Shown here: positions 1 through 11,637 of the stretch, in pieces
Layout of the letters: each line of letters starts with the position of its first letter
How positions within the stretch are numbered: the stretch's first letter is position 1
NCBI GenBank assembly: GCA_000934665.2
Contig: JYFJ02004145.1
Coordinates: 1 to 34,472, forward strand
DNA length: 34,472 bases
Source: Catajapyx aquilonaris
Taxonomy: Eukaryota
Direction of reading: 5' to 3'
Notes under the pieces: model-generated
Database searches by the model: none
What the model saw: only the letters and a program-made list of their open reading frames with translations
Told to the model about the DNA's origin: nothing
Made by a program: the position numbers and the translations under genes

Positions 1-619
1 CAGTGGAAGGTTCCTGTCAATCAAGGGGGTAGCCAGGCGAGGTGCGAAGTAGTGGGCGCACGTGGTAGTGCTCTACCCTGGAGCCTCCTTGGTCTAGTGC
101 AGGGTCACACTAGTTCAACATACTACCCGACAAGCGGGGGGTATCGGGGGCTAATTTTTTATACATGCATCCGCTAGGCTTTAAACCATTTATTGCATAC
201 TGTCAGCGAGTGGTGCAAAGCGGTGCAAGTTGTTTAATCTTACTTTTTGTGCAACGTTTCTTACGTATAAGGAGGGGTCGAGTGTTTATTCAAAAATAAC
301 ATAAGCTAAATTCTCACCAGAGGATATTTGTGCTTAAATATCAAGTGCGTCGTCAAATCACATAGGAAAAATAATTTCAGCCATTTTCACCCACGCATAT
401 GACAACCAGGGAATATTGTAATAACTGCATGAAACGCATCGCGAAATCCAAAACGGAAGAGGGGCAAAGTGTCGGCCTCCAAATAGAAAAAAAGGGGCAG
501 TGTTTTCCAATTTCCAATCTCAAGTGTCATTGTGGAAGACTTGTCTTTCATTTACTGTTCCTTAAAGGATGTTTTGATAAAATTCGCAAAACCTATTTAT
601 GTCGTCCTAAACTGGGCTC

Positions 620-1150
620 CGCGCCCACTGTGGGGCGGTGGGAGCATCCACGCAGTCCACCAGCAGCAACTGCAGCGCAAAAAGGTGCACCACATGCCAA
701 AGAAGGGAATGCAGTCAGGGCAACAGGGCACCCAACGTCCGTTCAAAGGCTGTGGGGGGCCCCACCCCCACCAGGACTGCTGGACTGCGACCGTCACGTG
801 TCGGTACTGTTCAAAGGTAGGGCAAATAGAAAAGGTGTGCCTGATGAAAGCAGCAGAAGCAGGGCAGGGGACCAAAAGCAAACACCAGTCACCAACCAGT
901 CCACGCCACGTCAGCAACCGTCGACCCGGAGGACATTGTCACGCTATTCAACATAGCAGCGGACCGGCCAGCCCCAACCATGGTGGAAGCCACCATCGCA
1001 GGTCAGAGAGTGGACGTGGAGGTGGACTCCGGGGTAGGGTGCAGCCTCATCAGCTGGCAAACCTTCAATACGCTCTGGCCAGGGAAGGAAGATGAGTTGG
1101 ATCCCATCAGCATGCAGCTCCGGACGTGGTCCAACCAGGATACCCTCCCC
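620..1150 (+). mobile_element. Gypsy LTR-retrotransposon fragment: gag zinc knuckles plus aspartic protease
   Basis: GCGGPHPHQDC...CRYCSKVGQIEKVC knuckles, then a frameshift into VDVEVDSGVGCSLISWQTF (DSG protease motif). Truncated at both ends. Confidence 0.85.
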
Positions 1151-1359
1151 TTTAACTATGTGCTTTTTAGCTGCGGGTTGAAACCCTCTCCCCTTCTGCT
1201 CTGCACCTTGTGTGCAGCAGGCTGAAAAAAGCCCCTCCCAGTGACACCTTACGTAGATGACAGCCGGCAACAGGAGCGGCAAGGAGAAGAAAGGCGGCAG
1301 CAAGACGAAGCCTGGTTGCCGCAGGAGTCAGCCCCAGAGGACCAAGACGCTGCTAAATG

Positions 1360-1585
1360 AGGTGCCCATTGAGCTGTATTTTAATTTTGGCATGTATAGA
1401 TCAATTGAGTTTCCAATCCGCTACAGGACAGATATTTTAGTTCTGTTCCGACGTGCGCAGGAAGAGCTTTAGACAGTTTTTTTTTGATTCCTGGAAAGTT
1501 TGATTTTCTACACTTGGGCCCTTGATGTATTACACGATTCAATTGGAAACGAATGTTATTTCGATGTCAAAAATCTACACTAGTG
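1360..1585. mobile_element. Possible CMC (Chapaev/CACTA-type) element terminus
   Basis: AT-rich tract ending GATGTCAAAAATCTACACTAGTG, i.e. a CACTAGTG terminus on the reverse strand. No partner TIR seen. Confidence 0.25.
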
Positions 1586-1699
1586 GAAAACAAACGCCGG
1601 AAACATGATTATTAGAAAAGCGTATTTAGGCACAGTATTTCAATAATGTCCATATACCGATGGATAAAATATGTAAATTCGTGGGCTATCTGGATATCT

Positions 1700-1886
1700 C
1701 TTGATCCGCCGCGTCAAGTATTGATCGAAAGAGAATAACATTTGGCCAGACACACGGTGGTGGATTGGGCCTCGTTTATCCGAGAGGTTTTTTTATGATT
1801 GGGCATCTAGAAATTCACAAATGATAGGAGGCCCCCAAGAGATAGTAGAAATAAACGAGGCCAAGTTCGGCAGGAGAAAATACCGC
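1700..1886 (+). mobile_element. Merlin (IS1016/IS1595-like) transposase fragment
   Basis: HTVVDWASFIREV...IGGPQEIVEINEAKFGRRKY matches the Merlin IGGxGxxVEIDExKFGxRKY block. The first catalytic D appears as N. Confidence 0.85.
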
Positions 1887-2033
1887 AGTCTTTGTGACTG
1901 CGCCGAAGATATCTGCACCGAGGTTTCCGAGTTCCGCTGTGCGGACTGTAAGAAATGCTTCTGCTTCCATCACTGTTTGTTGAAAAGGTGCATGATGCAG
2001 CGAACTGTGGGACCTATTAAGTTGGGTAACTGA
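1887..2033 (+). mobile_element. Cys/His-rich C-terminal tail of an unrelated transposase
   Basis: CAEDICTEVSEFRCADCKKCFCFHHC followed by a stop. Resembles CxxCxxxxCFxH tails of arthropod DDE transposases and is joined directly to the Merlin piece. Confidence 0.4.
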
Positions 2034-2179
2034 CAGTTTTTGTATAATAATAAATTACCAACTTTGTCCACATAAACTTATGTTTAAAACAGCTCACAGT
2101 CAAACAAAGTAGAGTGCTTGCTGTTAGGCTGCACGGAGAGGGCATTTGGGTTCACCTTTTCATATATGCGATTGCAAGT

Positions 2180-2790
2180 GTCAGGAGGCCAAAATGTACC
2201 AGGTAGTGGTTGATCCCCTTGAGAGATATTTCATTGTAAAGAAGCATGTACGAGTATTATCGTAGGATTCGAGCGGTTAAAGGTCAACCGTCGCGTCGGT
2301 TACGAGAGACAAATGAGGCAGTTGATGAGTTTGTCACGGCTTTGTATGGCCTATGTGAGCATTGTGATTATGGAACCCTAACTGATGAGATGATCAGAGA
2401 TCGAATCATTGTCAGCCTGAGAGACAAGGGATTATCGGAGAGGTTGACACTTGATGACTCATTGACAGTAGACAAAGCATCCATCAGGCCCGCCAGTCCG
2501 AGGCTGTCTAGAGGCTACATGCACCACTGATACGGGACCAACCCTTCCAGAGTGGGGGAATGCCTAGGACAGACCGGGTGCAGCAGGACCAGTGGCAGCC
2601 CGACAGTTGAAGAGGCGCAAAAAGACATATGGCAGCACGGGGGCCAAGATGGTGCAGAAAGCCGAGGCTGCAGAATGCAATTGGTGCGGGTATAAGGCGA
2701 TGCATCCCAAGAGGGACTGCCCGGCCAGAAATACAGACTGTCGTAAGTGTGCTAGGGACACTGTGAGGTGGCCGGGCCTGTCCAAAGAGA
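2180..2790 (+). mobile_element. Gypsy gag fragment (degenerate)
   Basis: EAVDEFVTALYGLCEHCDYGTLTDEMIRDRIIVSLRDKGLSERL, then knuckles CNWCGYKAMHPKRDCPARNTDCRKC. Contains frameshifts. Confidence 0.85.
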
Positions 2791-2795
2791 TACAG

Positions 2796-3060
2796 CCCAC
2801 ACAACACAAGGACGTACCTAGGACGTCCCAGAAGACACATTGGGATAAAGGGACGTCCAAGATCCGGATGTGGAGGTCCCTGGAAAGTCCCCGGGACGGG
2901 CCAAAGGACATCCCTCGTATCACATATGGACCAAATTGTGACATCCCGGGAACGTCCCGTGAACTTCCGCGGGATGACATGTGCCATGATTTGGTTACGT
3001 CACCTGGATGACATGGTGACCGGAATCGGACATCACACGCACGTCCCGTGCACCTCCGCT
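2796..3060. mobile_element. EnSpm/CMC-type terminus with subterminal repeats
   Basis: Starts CCCACACAACACAAGGACGT (CCC-type animal EnSpm TIR), followed by many GGACGTCC/GGACATCC-like repeats. Confidence 0.55.
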
Positions 3061-3247
3061 GGGGATGGGGAAGTGGCTTTTTCGCTTTTTATTATTCCCC
3101 AAAGCATTAACTTGCTAGTACTTTTTGGTTAGGCGGATGCCAATGCAGCAATTTGTTGCAAATCAAGAATTATTATCATTACAATAACAAAGATAAAACC
3201 TCCAACTTAACCTCCTGTTTCAATTATACTTCCAGACGAAGATAATC

Positions 3248-3750
3248 ATGGATCAGAGAGGACGTGGACGAGGTGGCCGAGGAAGAAGACCATACCAGGG
3301 CAATAAATTTGATCCCAACTTCAGAAAGGAAAGGCAAGCCCAAGGATTCTTCCAGCCCCAATACCGAAGTGCAGCCCGACAGGGAGAAGGTTCCAAGAGA
3401 ACCCCAAGCCTTCGAACGCCCACAGCTTCCAAAGCCGGAGGGGAAGCGGCAAAATCCCACACCAACAAAAGACGCATCAATTTGGTCAGAGGCAATTTTT
3501 GGCGAAGAGGTCACTGTTAAGGTTAACCCAAGAGCGCGAGTTAACTTGAACCTTCGTGAAACGGGAACGCAGGCAATCATGCTTCCGAATTTGGTTGAGT
3601 CTTTTCCTGCAGCTGGTAACCCATTAGCGGCTGGTGAGTTCAGGACGACTTCACTGAATCAAGACACAAAGACGGTCTTTGGTGTGGCCGCAACGTTAAC
3701 CTTTCAGATGTACAAAGAACCACGACCAGCAGGAGGAAACCCCGGAGGGC
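3248..3750 (+). pseudogene. Candidate endogenous viral element: partitivirus-like capsid, apparently internally deleted
   Basis: Arg/Gly-rich start MDQRGRGRGGRGRR, a frameshift, then SIWSEAIFGEEVTVKVNPR and GTQAIMLP...FGVAATLTFQMYKEP. These recall N- and C-terminal blocks of arthropod partiti-like coat proteins (from memory only). Confidence 0.4.
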
Positions 3751-3893
3751 ATGTCCGTCGTTGTCCCGGCCACGCAGGGAGAGATTGATCACCTCTACCG
3801 TGTGTGTACGGTGCAACTGATGATGTGGAATTCGAAATTTAGAGCCTTTCTTACATTTCCACTCCAATCTGACTTGTCACGTTTTAAATACAG

Positions 3894-4940
3894 AAGCGGA
3901 TTACCAGGAATTGGTCCAGAGTGAAGAGGGTCTCCGCCTACTGGAGGAGTCCGGGTGCCTAAGGCTAACAAACTTGGGCACTCGGGCCCTAATGATGCAA
4001 GACAGCATCGACTTTCAGGCATGTGCTAGGACCAGTACTGCCCTGAAGCAGTAAGTGGTTATGCACAAATAGTACAATATAAGTAAGTGCTGCGGGGAAT
4101 TTCAAATGGGGAGAAAATATATGGTGCAAGTCTTAAGCTCCGTTGGATTCAGCATGATTCTATACTGTCCTATCAGCTCCTATGGCAGAGCTATAATTTC
4201 ATTATGGGTCACCTTTCAGACTGGCACAGGGTTTGGAAACCCTAGGGTTGCTGGATATGATGAGAAGGAATTCTGTCACTCTCCAACCCCTTTTCTGCGG
4301 AAAAGGGGTGGCTATTACAGCAGACCGGCTGATGCGACTGTTTGAACCAGTGCGATCAGTACCAGGAAGTAATGCGTACCCCAGTGAAACGAACACTCTT
4401 GCACACTGGTACAAGTTTTTAGATACCGTGGAAGGTCAGTGTGCTAGTAGTAGTAGTAGTAGTAGTAAATAATAGTTAACATCAATTATTACGAGTACTT
4501 CAAAGTAAATGTAGTCGTTTTATTTTCTTCGAATTGTGCTGCTGGAGGAAAGAGATGTCTACATACAGTAGGGGAGGTGTGAAAGCTCTTATGACCTGTA
4601 TAAGTTTCTGTAACGATTCTCTAAATGTGGGGATGTGATTTAGTTTCAAACTGAATGTTTCTGCATTCCAGTGTCTCCCTCCAGTATTCAAGACGGAGAA
4701 GCTGTGACCCTAAGGGGAATTCTTGCCTTTGTGAGAGGAGCCGAGGAGGAGCCTCTCCTTGGCTACGACGATGAACCGAGAATTGTTTTCCAGCGCATGC
4801 TGGAGAATGACAGGCTCGGCATGCCCACGGTGTCGACATGCACCAACGTGCTGACTCTTCGCCACCACGACGTCTATGCAACATTTGAAAACTCATTCGT
4901 GAAGGCACAGAGAGAGTGCAAGGGGTTCTACGAAGTTTGA
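3894..4940 (+). pseudogene. G2E3-like HECT E3 ligase C-terminal fragment, three exons (3894-4050, 4220-4434, 4693-4940)
   Basis: Phase-compatible GT-AG introns join ...ALKQ/LAQGLETLGLLDMM...GSNAYPSE...W...E/DGEAVTLRGILAFVRGA...PTVSTCTNVLTL...GFYEV*. The catalytic Cys is in STC. The 5' part of the gene is missing. Confidence 0.8.
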
Positions 4941-4959
4941 GGAACTAGCAGTAAACCCG

Positions 4960-6662
4960 TGATTCGCGCGGTTCTAAACTTCTGCCAGTGAAGGTGACTG
5001 ACTTAGTGACAGTGGGTACATCACCAAAGGACCAAAGGGGTCGACATGGTAACGTAGCGCGAAGGAGTGGTCCTGATGTTGTAACTGCTATCAAGGAGCA
5101 TATCAAATCGTTTCCCGCCCGTCAGTCGCACTACTGTAGGCGCGACAATCCCGAGCGGCTGTACTTGCCTGAAAACCTATCAATAATGGAGATGTACAAG
5201 TTGTTTGCGGTTACACCTGTCGGCAAGAATGTGACTTACAAGATGGACTGGAATACATTCACATTCAACATTAAATTAGGACTCCCCCGATCAGATACTT
5301 GAACACAGTGCGACACATTCCACCATAAAATTGCATCTGCATCCCAACTTGAAGAGAAAATGGCATTGATCGGTCAACGAGACATGCACCATCGGAAGGC
5401 AGAGGCTTTCTACAACCTGAAAATAAAGTACAAAGCAAAATGTCGCGAGGACAGCGGGACGCTTGTAATCACATTTGACTTTATGCAAAACCTCCCACTG
5501 CCACACATCCCAAGTGGGCCTGTATTTTATAGTCATGAGCTGTGGTACAATGCCTTTGGCGTGCACAATCTATCGGATGACTCCGCCACAATGTATGTTT
5601 TCCATGAAGGCACTGCGAAAAAGGGACAGAACGATGTCACATCCTTGCTATTTGACTACATCAAGTCGCTGAATGTTCATGCGCAGGAGTTGGTCCTCAT
5701 CAGCGATGGATGTGGAGGGCAAAACAAGAACAATGTCACGGTTAGGTTCCTGTTCTTCATTGTCCATGTTTTCCGCATCGTTCCACGTGTCACGTACTTG
5801 TTCCCTATGAGAGGCCACAGCTACTTGCCCAACGATCAGGACTACGCATTGATTGAGAAGAAGAAGAGGACAACTCGAGCTGAAGTTCCTGAAGATTGGG
5901 ACAATGTTATTGTGGGAGCGATGAGCAAACCGTCACCGTTCCACCTCCACAAGGTTCGTCAGAGCGACATGCTTGCTGTGGGCGCTGCTGTAGCATCCTA
6001 CTAACTGAGGCAAAGCAAACCACCACTTCAGCTGAGAGAGTTGCGTATGCTGCGCATTTCCAGTGACGAGCCACAAGGAGTTTCAGTGAGAATGACATAC
6101 TCTGGCCCATGGCAGAAATGCATCATCCGAAACAGAAAGCCTCTTCCCAATGAGATCCACTTTGAGCCCCTTTACTCAGGACCTATCACGATTAACCCAC
6201 AGAAGCTTGAGAATCTCAACAAACTGAAGCAACTCTTGCAAAAGCCTGCTAATGCATCATTTTACGAGGCTTTCCAAGGTTGTGATGCACCTGGCGAGGA
6301 GGTGGATATCGATGAGGATAATAATAGCAGTGGCTGTGAAAACTGACATGTTATTCACAATAAAATAATGTGCTTGCTTATGCACTGACTCCGGATAAGA
6401 CTCTTTCATTTTCCCACAAAAATCACCCAAGTACAGGATTCATACAAAAACAGCCCATGTCACTTTTTAAAATAATTTATATATCAAAAAGTACAAACCC
6501 CATATGTGCAACTGTGATGTCATATCGCTCGTAACAACTGAGGCTATTCAATGAATTTAAGAATTTGTGTCTTTCTTCATGTGGTATTGTGCTAGATGAA
6601 TTTTTGTCTCTCCAGGAGAATTTTTCTCAAGTGACATGGGTTGTTTTTGTAATCAGCCCCTC
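4960..6662 (+). mobile_element. Sola1-type DNA transposon, 5'-truncated, right TIR retained
   Basis: HIKSFPARQSHY, FDFMQNLPLP, ISDGCGGQNKN and GHSYLPND motifs. Premature stops at 5300 and about 6002. Ends ...AATCAGCCCCTC then AATT. Subterminal inverted repeat at 6444-6463 / 6631-6650. Confidence 0.8.
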
Positions 6663-6949
6663 AATTTTTTTGCCGTAGGTGGGGAGCCTTGTCACGCCTA
6701 GCTTGCAGTTCGAGAGTTACCTGCACCCTGGGTCATGTTAGGAATGTATACTTCACAATGGCATGTACGCAAGATGCAGGGATTCCGTCGAGTCAGTAGT
6801 TTCGCAACTTTGACCCCTTTGGGTATACCGTTGGTGCCGGGCGACCGAGGGTATTTATTCGCGGTTCTTCTTAGAGTTCACCTCTTGGTAATTCAGTAGA
6901 GTTTCAGTCTCCTGTTCCGGGCTTCTCCTCACCCTTCAGGAAGGCGACA

Positions 6950-7430
6950 AGGCCAACCAGCTACAGGTTAGTAATAAGCTAATAGAAAGAGTACTGTCCT
7001 CCAAAAATCATCGCTCGCCTATATTCTCCCATTTTCACTGTTAATAAACTATTAGATGCATTAGAACATTGCGTGCATTATTCACCCACCACCTGACGGA
7101 CCAGTGCCCTTTTCTGGTTGACAAAACCAAGGTAGTAGTGCTGTAATTCCATTCCTTGGGGCTGGTATTTCGCCGTGTACAGGAGTCACGTTGATCCTGT
7201 TTGCGCGTAGACTTCGTGCCACGCTTTTACAGTATCACTAGTGCTTTTCTGTTTTGGTTTATGCCATCATTATCAAGATGACGTTGCTACCGTGTTAAGA
7301 GTTTGTCAGGCTATCCTTCAGTTCCAATCTTGTTACCTAGCATCTCTGATGAGCCTAGTAGGGCGAAACGGCTGTAAGATGCTGATTTTGTGGACCTGCT
7401 GAAGAAGGAATTGGAAATGAAATGATGCCT
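6950..7430 (+). mobile_element. Probable Penelope-like retroelement 3'/pseudo-LTR remnant
   Basis: Inferred only from the hammerhead type. No RT or GIY-YIG domain recognised, and boundaries are uncertain. Confidence 0.4.
7338..7384 (+). ncRNA. Minimal type I hammerhead ribozyme (Penelope-like element type)
   Basis: Stem I TAGCATCT, core CTGATGA, stem II GCCT-AGTA-GGGC, GAAA, short stem III C-GGCT-G, cleavage triplet GTA, stem I' AGATGCTG. Confidence 0.85.
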
Positions 7431-7499
7431 GACTTACCTGACATTATCGCGTGAGTGATTTGCCTGCTGGCGCACCCCGAGTTTCTTTTTGCAAAAAAA

Positions 7500-8168
7500 T
7501 ATCTTCAGGACAAGTTTCGGAATGTGTCGAGCCTGATTGTGGATGTGCCAAAGCAAGGACATGGTGCATAGAACGATGGCAACACAGCCCGACGATTTTT
7601 TTCGGACCCAAAATTGTCGGCTGAAGTCATTGGTATGCTTTCCAATAATATGCTCTTGTCTATTGATGAATCTGTTATTGTAATCAACTATTTTTTTCTG
7701 TGAAGGGATTGATGAAGCCCTCATCTCAAGGTTTGGCACAATCCTGAAGGCATTAAACAGCACCTACCCAGTGAATGCAGAGGCTTTTCAGGACTACTGT
7801 TTCACCACTGCGGAGATGTATGTTTCCCTGTACATCAGGTACTACATGCCAACCACTGTACATAAGATTCTAATACAATGTGCAGCAGTGGTGAGAGAAG
7901 CCTTGCTTGGGGGGGGGGTTGTCGGAAGAGGCTCAAGAGGCAGAAAAACAAGGACATCAGGAGGTACCGGGAACACCATACACGGAAACGTTCCCAGGTA
8001 CATGGAAACGAAGGCCTCTTCCGACGACTACTCCTCAGCTCGGATCCTAAGATTAGCACCATCACCATCAAGCGGGGACACCCCAAGGAGAAGAAGCTAA
8101 GAAAAGATGCGATGTCTTTAATTATGAAGGACTCAGACAGTGATTCCGATGAATCAGAAGAATGCTGA
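7500..8168 (+). mobile_element. Transib (RAG1-core-related) transposase C-terminal fragment with intron 7633-7705
   Basis: LIVDVPKQG..NDGNTARRFF, YYMPTTVHKILI, SEEAQEA, REHHTRK and LLLSSDP motifs. Phase-1 GT-AG intron. Contains a stop and frameshifts. Confidence 0.88.
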
Positions 8169-8269
8169 ATGTTTGATCAGAATATTTTGTACATGATTTT
8201 CTTTTACTATTGGAGTGGTTATGATGTTTTATGATACATTATGTCGGCCTGGGTTATGATACATTATGT

Positions 8270-8870
8270 CGCCTCAAAATCTAAATCAACGACCGTAAAA
8301 GCAGGGAAACATTAGCTACTTTCACCTACACTTGTACCGCTTATTCTATATATTATTAAAGTTTATCATGTTATACTGTACTATTTATTCCACGAGATCT
8401 CAAATTTGACGGTGTGTTTGATACAGGCTCTTGGTCTGGGTTCAGTATAGCCTAAAAATCTAAATCAGTTTCCGCCAACATATTGTACGGTAAAATATTA
8501 TTTTCACGTATCCATACTTATAATGTAGATTATACAAATTATTAAATTCGAGGGTCTTTTTATGGTGCACCCTGTACGTCCTGGTTCAAACAAACCTATA
8601 AATCAAAATTAGGACGGCGAAAACATCGGGAAATGTTATTTTCACCTGCTTGTAATGTTTATTCTACACGTTCTGAAATTCCATTGTCAGTTTTGAGTAC
8701 ACCCTGCAGTTATAGGTTCAAAATAACCTCTAAATCGAAATCAGCGACCGTAAAAACAGGGAAATAATTTGTTTTCACCTACTTGTACCGTTTATTCTGC
8801 AGATTAAATTCTACCCTGGTTTCGTACACCCTGTAGGTCTTAGTTAGATAAGAGCCTCAAAATATGAAGC
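8270..8870. repeat. Degenerate tandem repeats of about 130-170 bp downstream of the Transib ORF
   Basis: AAATC...GACCGTAAAA.CAGGGAAA...TTTCACCTACTTGTACCG.TTATTCT recurs near 8277, 8600 and 8731, with a weaker copy near 8456. Confidence 0.6.
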
Positions 8871-9074
8871 AGTGACAGCAAAACGGTGCATTGGTCTGGA
8901 GAGTAAAGATGCCAAGCATTACGATATTTCAGAGAACATTTTGACGACAGGAAATCACCTGGCAAAAAAAGAATGCAAGACTGTACAGTTGGTGGTGAAA
9001 GTCAAGGTCGAAAACCTACCCGCAAAGGAGGGTGAGGGAACTCGTTACAGAGTAATGTTAATGCATAATGTCAA

Positions 9075-9292
9075 ACGCCGACAGGAACTGAGCGCCCCTC
9101 GGGGATGTGTACTGTGGGGCACAAGAGTGGTGATACCGGCAGCGTTCAAGGGGGAGCTGTTGGGGTGGCTCCACGTGGCCCACCCAGGGATGGTACGCAT
9201 GAAGGGTCTGGCACGCAGCTACCTCTGGTGGCCTGGCCTGGACGAGGACATTGAAAAGGCAGTGGGAGCCTGCGAGGCGTGCCAGGCATTCC
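9075..9292 (+). mobile_element. Gypsy integrase H2C2 zinc-binding fragment
   Basis: GCVLWGTRVVIP...LHVAHPGMVRMKGLARSYLWWPGLDEDIE...CEACQ. Confidence 0.9.
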
Positions 9293-9329
9293 ATCCGGAC
9301 CATATTCTTCATGCACAGTTAGAGTGTCG

Positions 9330-9510
9330 TGTTTCAAAAACGTCACTGAAAGAATTTAGGAGGGCGATTATTCAATCACTTGTTCAGAGATCTGCACTTC
9401 GACTGTCACTTGGACACAGCATTTCACCAAGAGGAGGCAAGCCCCTGTGTAAACATGTCCATAAAGTACATTCCATGGAGTCTTCCACATCACATAGGTC
9501 ATCAAGAAGC
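9330..9510 (+). mobile_element. Possible piggyBac transposase C-terminal scrap
   Basis: SLKEFRRAIIQSLV resembles the piggyBac LxxFRxxIxxxL helix. Short and weak. Confidence 0.25.
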
Positions 9511-9551
9511 GAAGGATCATTAGATTTCAATTACGTACATGTTACTGTTGT

Positions 9552-9930
9552 GTGTGTGGCAGGTGGGAGGGAACTGAGTTGCGCCTTTTTTTATTGCTTA
9601 ATGTTGGACCTGTGGCCCTGAATGGAATCTTACCCGATCCTCCCTGTGGGCATTTCATACTATTCAGTGTGGCTTGTCGCATACTTCTGCAGCCCACTAT
9701 GCCCGAAGCCATGTGTATGTATGCTATTATGGTAACTTTTGTTGAAAATACTGCCACCCTTTACGGAAAGCGAGTAATGGTATACAACATCCACAACTTA
9801 ATTCACCTAGCAGATGTCGTCATGAAGTATGGCTCACTTGATAACCTCAGTGCATTTCCCTTTGAAATATTTTTGTATCAAATCATAATAATGTTAAGAG
9901 CCACGAGCCATCATCCCCTTGAAGAATTGA
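9552..9930 (+). mobile_element. EnSpm/CACTA transposase fragment
   Basis: RWEGTELRLFLL..GPVAL, LYG...VYNIHNLIHLADVV..YGSLDNLSAFPFE. Confidence 0.88.
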
Positions 9931-10489
9931 ATAACCAGAACTACACCAAATCATTCAATATGACAGCTAAATATGAAGGCATGTTTGCAAGCTTGCAAAA
10001 ACTGGTGATTGTGAGCAAATTTTGGTTAAAAGAAAACCTGCACACCTCATATTTCCCATCTTGTGGTTTTCACACACTTTGAAATGCAAGCCGTTGAAAG
10101 GGCATTTAAAGCGATCATTGCGATTTAAATCGGTCATTGCAGACATTGCTTGCAATATTATGCAACATTATTTATGCGGTTCCAAATGGGTAATGCCACC
10201 GTAACTGCTTGTTCTTGGTTGTATTCATGGAGGGTGTCCTACTTTATAGGAATTTGTTCAATTGGAAATAAATTGCAGTACAGCTTGCAGTTCTCCTTCT
10301 CACCTTTCTTCATTACTAAAAGGGGGAAAAAATAATGTATCTGAAAACAATCAGTCAGCTGCCAGTAGGTTTGTATGAAACCATGAAAATAATTAATTTT
10401 ATTATTATGCTTTCATTGCAGCATCTGGAGAGCATCCATCTGCCTCTACCAACACTGGCACAATAATAAAGCGACCCGAGACTGTCACA

Positions 10490-10900
10490 TTGTTCTGTCA
10501 TCTGAGCAGCAAGAATGCGCACGTGACTTGTCTTACTGATGGCAAGGTAATGCCCGACAAATGTCTCGAGTATTACGATGCAGAAGTCAAAAGAAGTGCC
10601 ATTGAGTGTGAAACCATATGCGAATTAACCAGGACGCAGGATAACACCTCATGGAAGGAGGAGAGACGAAAGAGCATAACCGGTTCCATATGTTATGGAC
10701 TATTCACCTACGGGACCCGACAACCAGTCTGGAAAAAAAAAAAAATGAAGATAACCTTGCACCACCTGTTTCTCGGGAACCGCAGCACACGCCATGGGAA
10801 GATGTGGGAGCCAGTGGCTTGGGAAGCATATGCAATGGAAAAACAATGTGACGCAAAGATGTTTAGGTTGGTAATTTCTCCGCAGGCTCCTTGGCTTTTA
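10490..10900 (+). mobile_element. YqaJ/lambda-exonuclease-like domain fragment (TE-borne)
   Basis: TRTQDNTSWKEERRKSITGS...GNRSTRHGKMWEPVA...LVISPQAPWL. Truncated before the SPDG motif. Confidence 0.75.
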
Positions 10901-11004
10901 AGAGAGAATCAAGATACCAGATGGAAGCAGGGACTTCACTCATGTGAGGATCAATTGTAAGCGCAAGTGCACCACTGCTATGTAAGCGATGCGGCGCAAC
11001 TGTT

Positions 11005-11637
11005 GTAATTGCGGGTTGGCTACCCTTCAGAGAGTGAAAAATCTTTTTAAAGTCGCTGTAGCTACGAAAATAAGGTCTCTACGTGGAAAAGGTACTTCAG
11101 ACTTTTTGTAGAGTACATGTTTCTGTACAACGTTTGTTTGGAACATATCCGCCTGAGAGGCATAGTACGCTCAGAAAAGACTTTTTACTCGCTTCAAGGT
11201 AGCCAACCCGCAATTACGGGCCACCTGGGCGAAAACGGCTGTGGCGCCATATCTGGATTGGAGGAATATGGTCTCAGGGACATTCTTACCAAATTTCACC
11301 AATGCACGGTTTACTTTTTTTTCGGCCCTTAATTTGGTTCAAGTCGCTGTAGCTCCGAAAATACTGACAGTACGCGGAAAGGTTACAATATACTTTTTGT
11401 AGGATACATGTTTCCCCACATCATTTGTTCGGAACATTTCCTCCTGAGAAGCACAGTTCGCTCAGAAAAAGACTCTTCCCTCACTTCAGGGTAGCCAACC
11501 CGCCTCCTGCGCGAAAACGGGCGTGGCGCCATATCTGAATTTGAAGAGTATGCTCTCAGGGACATTTGTACCAAATTTCATGCTTTTTTCACCAAATGCA
11601 CGGTTGACACATTATTCGTCCCTTAACGTCCGGACTA
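11005..11637. mobile_element. Non-autonomous DNA element end (possibly Academ-like) built from internal direct and inverted repeats
   Basis: Diverged direct repeat of about 290 bp (11050-11340 vs 11341-11630). Inverted repeat 11005-11047 / 11175-11217. Terminus ...GTCCGGACTA (TAGT on the reverse strand). Confidence 0.5.

Noticed and set aside
1821..2033. In-frame Merlin/zinc-finger fusion protein
   Set aside because: Only 70 aa, the catalytic residue is altered, and an in-frame junction has a one-in-three chance.
8560..8576. Tc1/mariner-like TIR end GGTGCACCCTGTA
   Set aside because: The motif recurs within the local tandem repeat unit, so it is not a unique terminus.
8872..9621. 249-aa ORF as a real chimeric gene
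   Set aside because: It runs through unrelated fragments (unknown, Gypsy integrase, piggyBac-like, EnSpm in another frame) and starts at GTG. Chance read-through is the simpler explanation.
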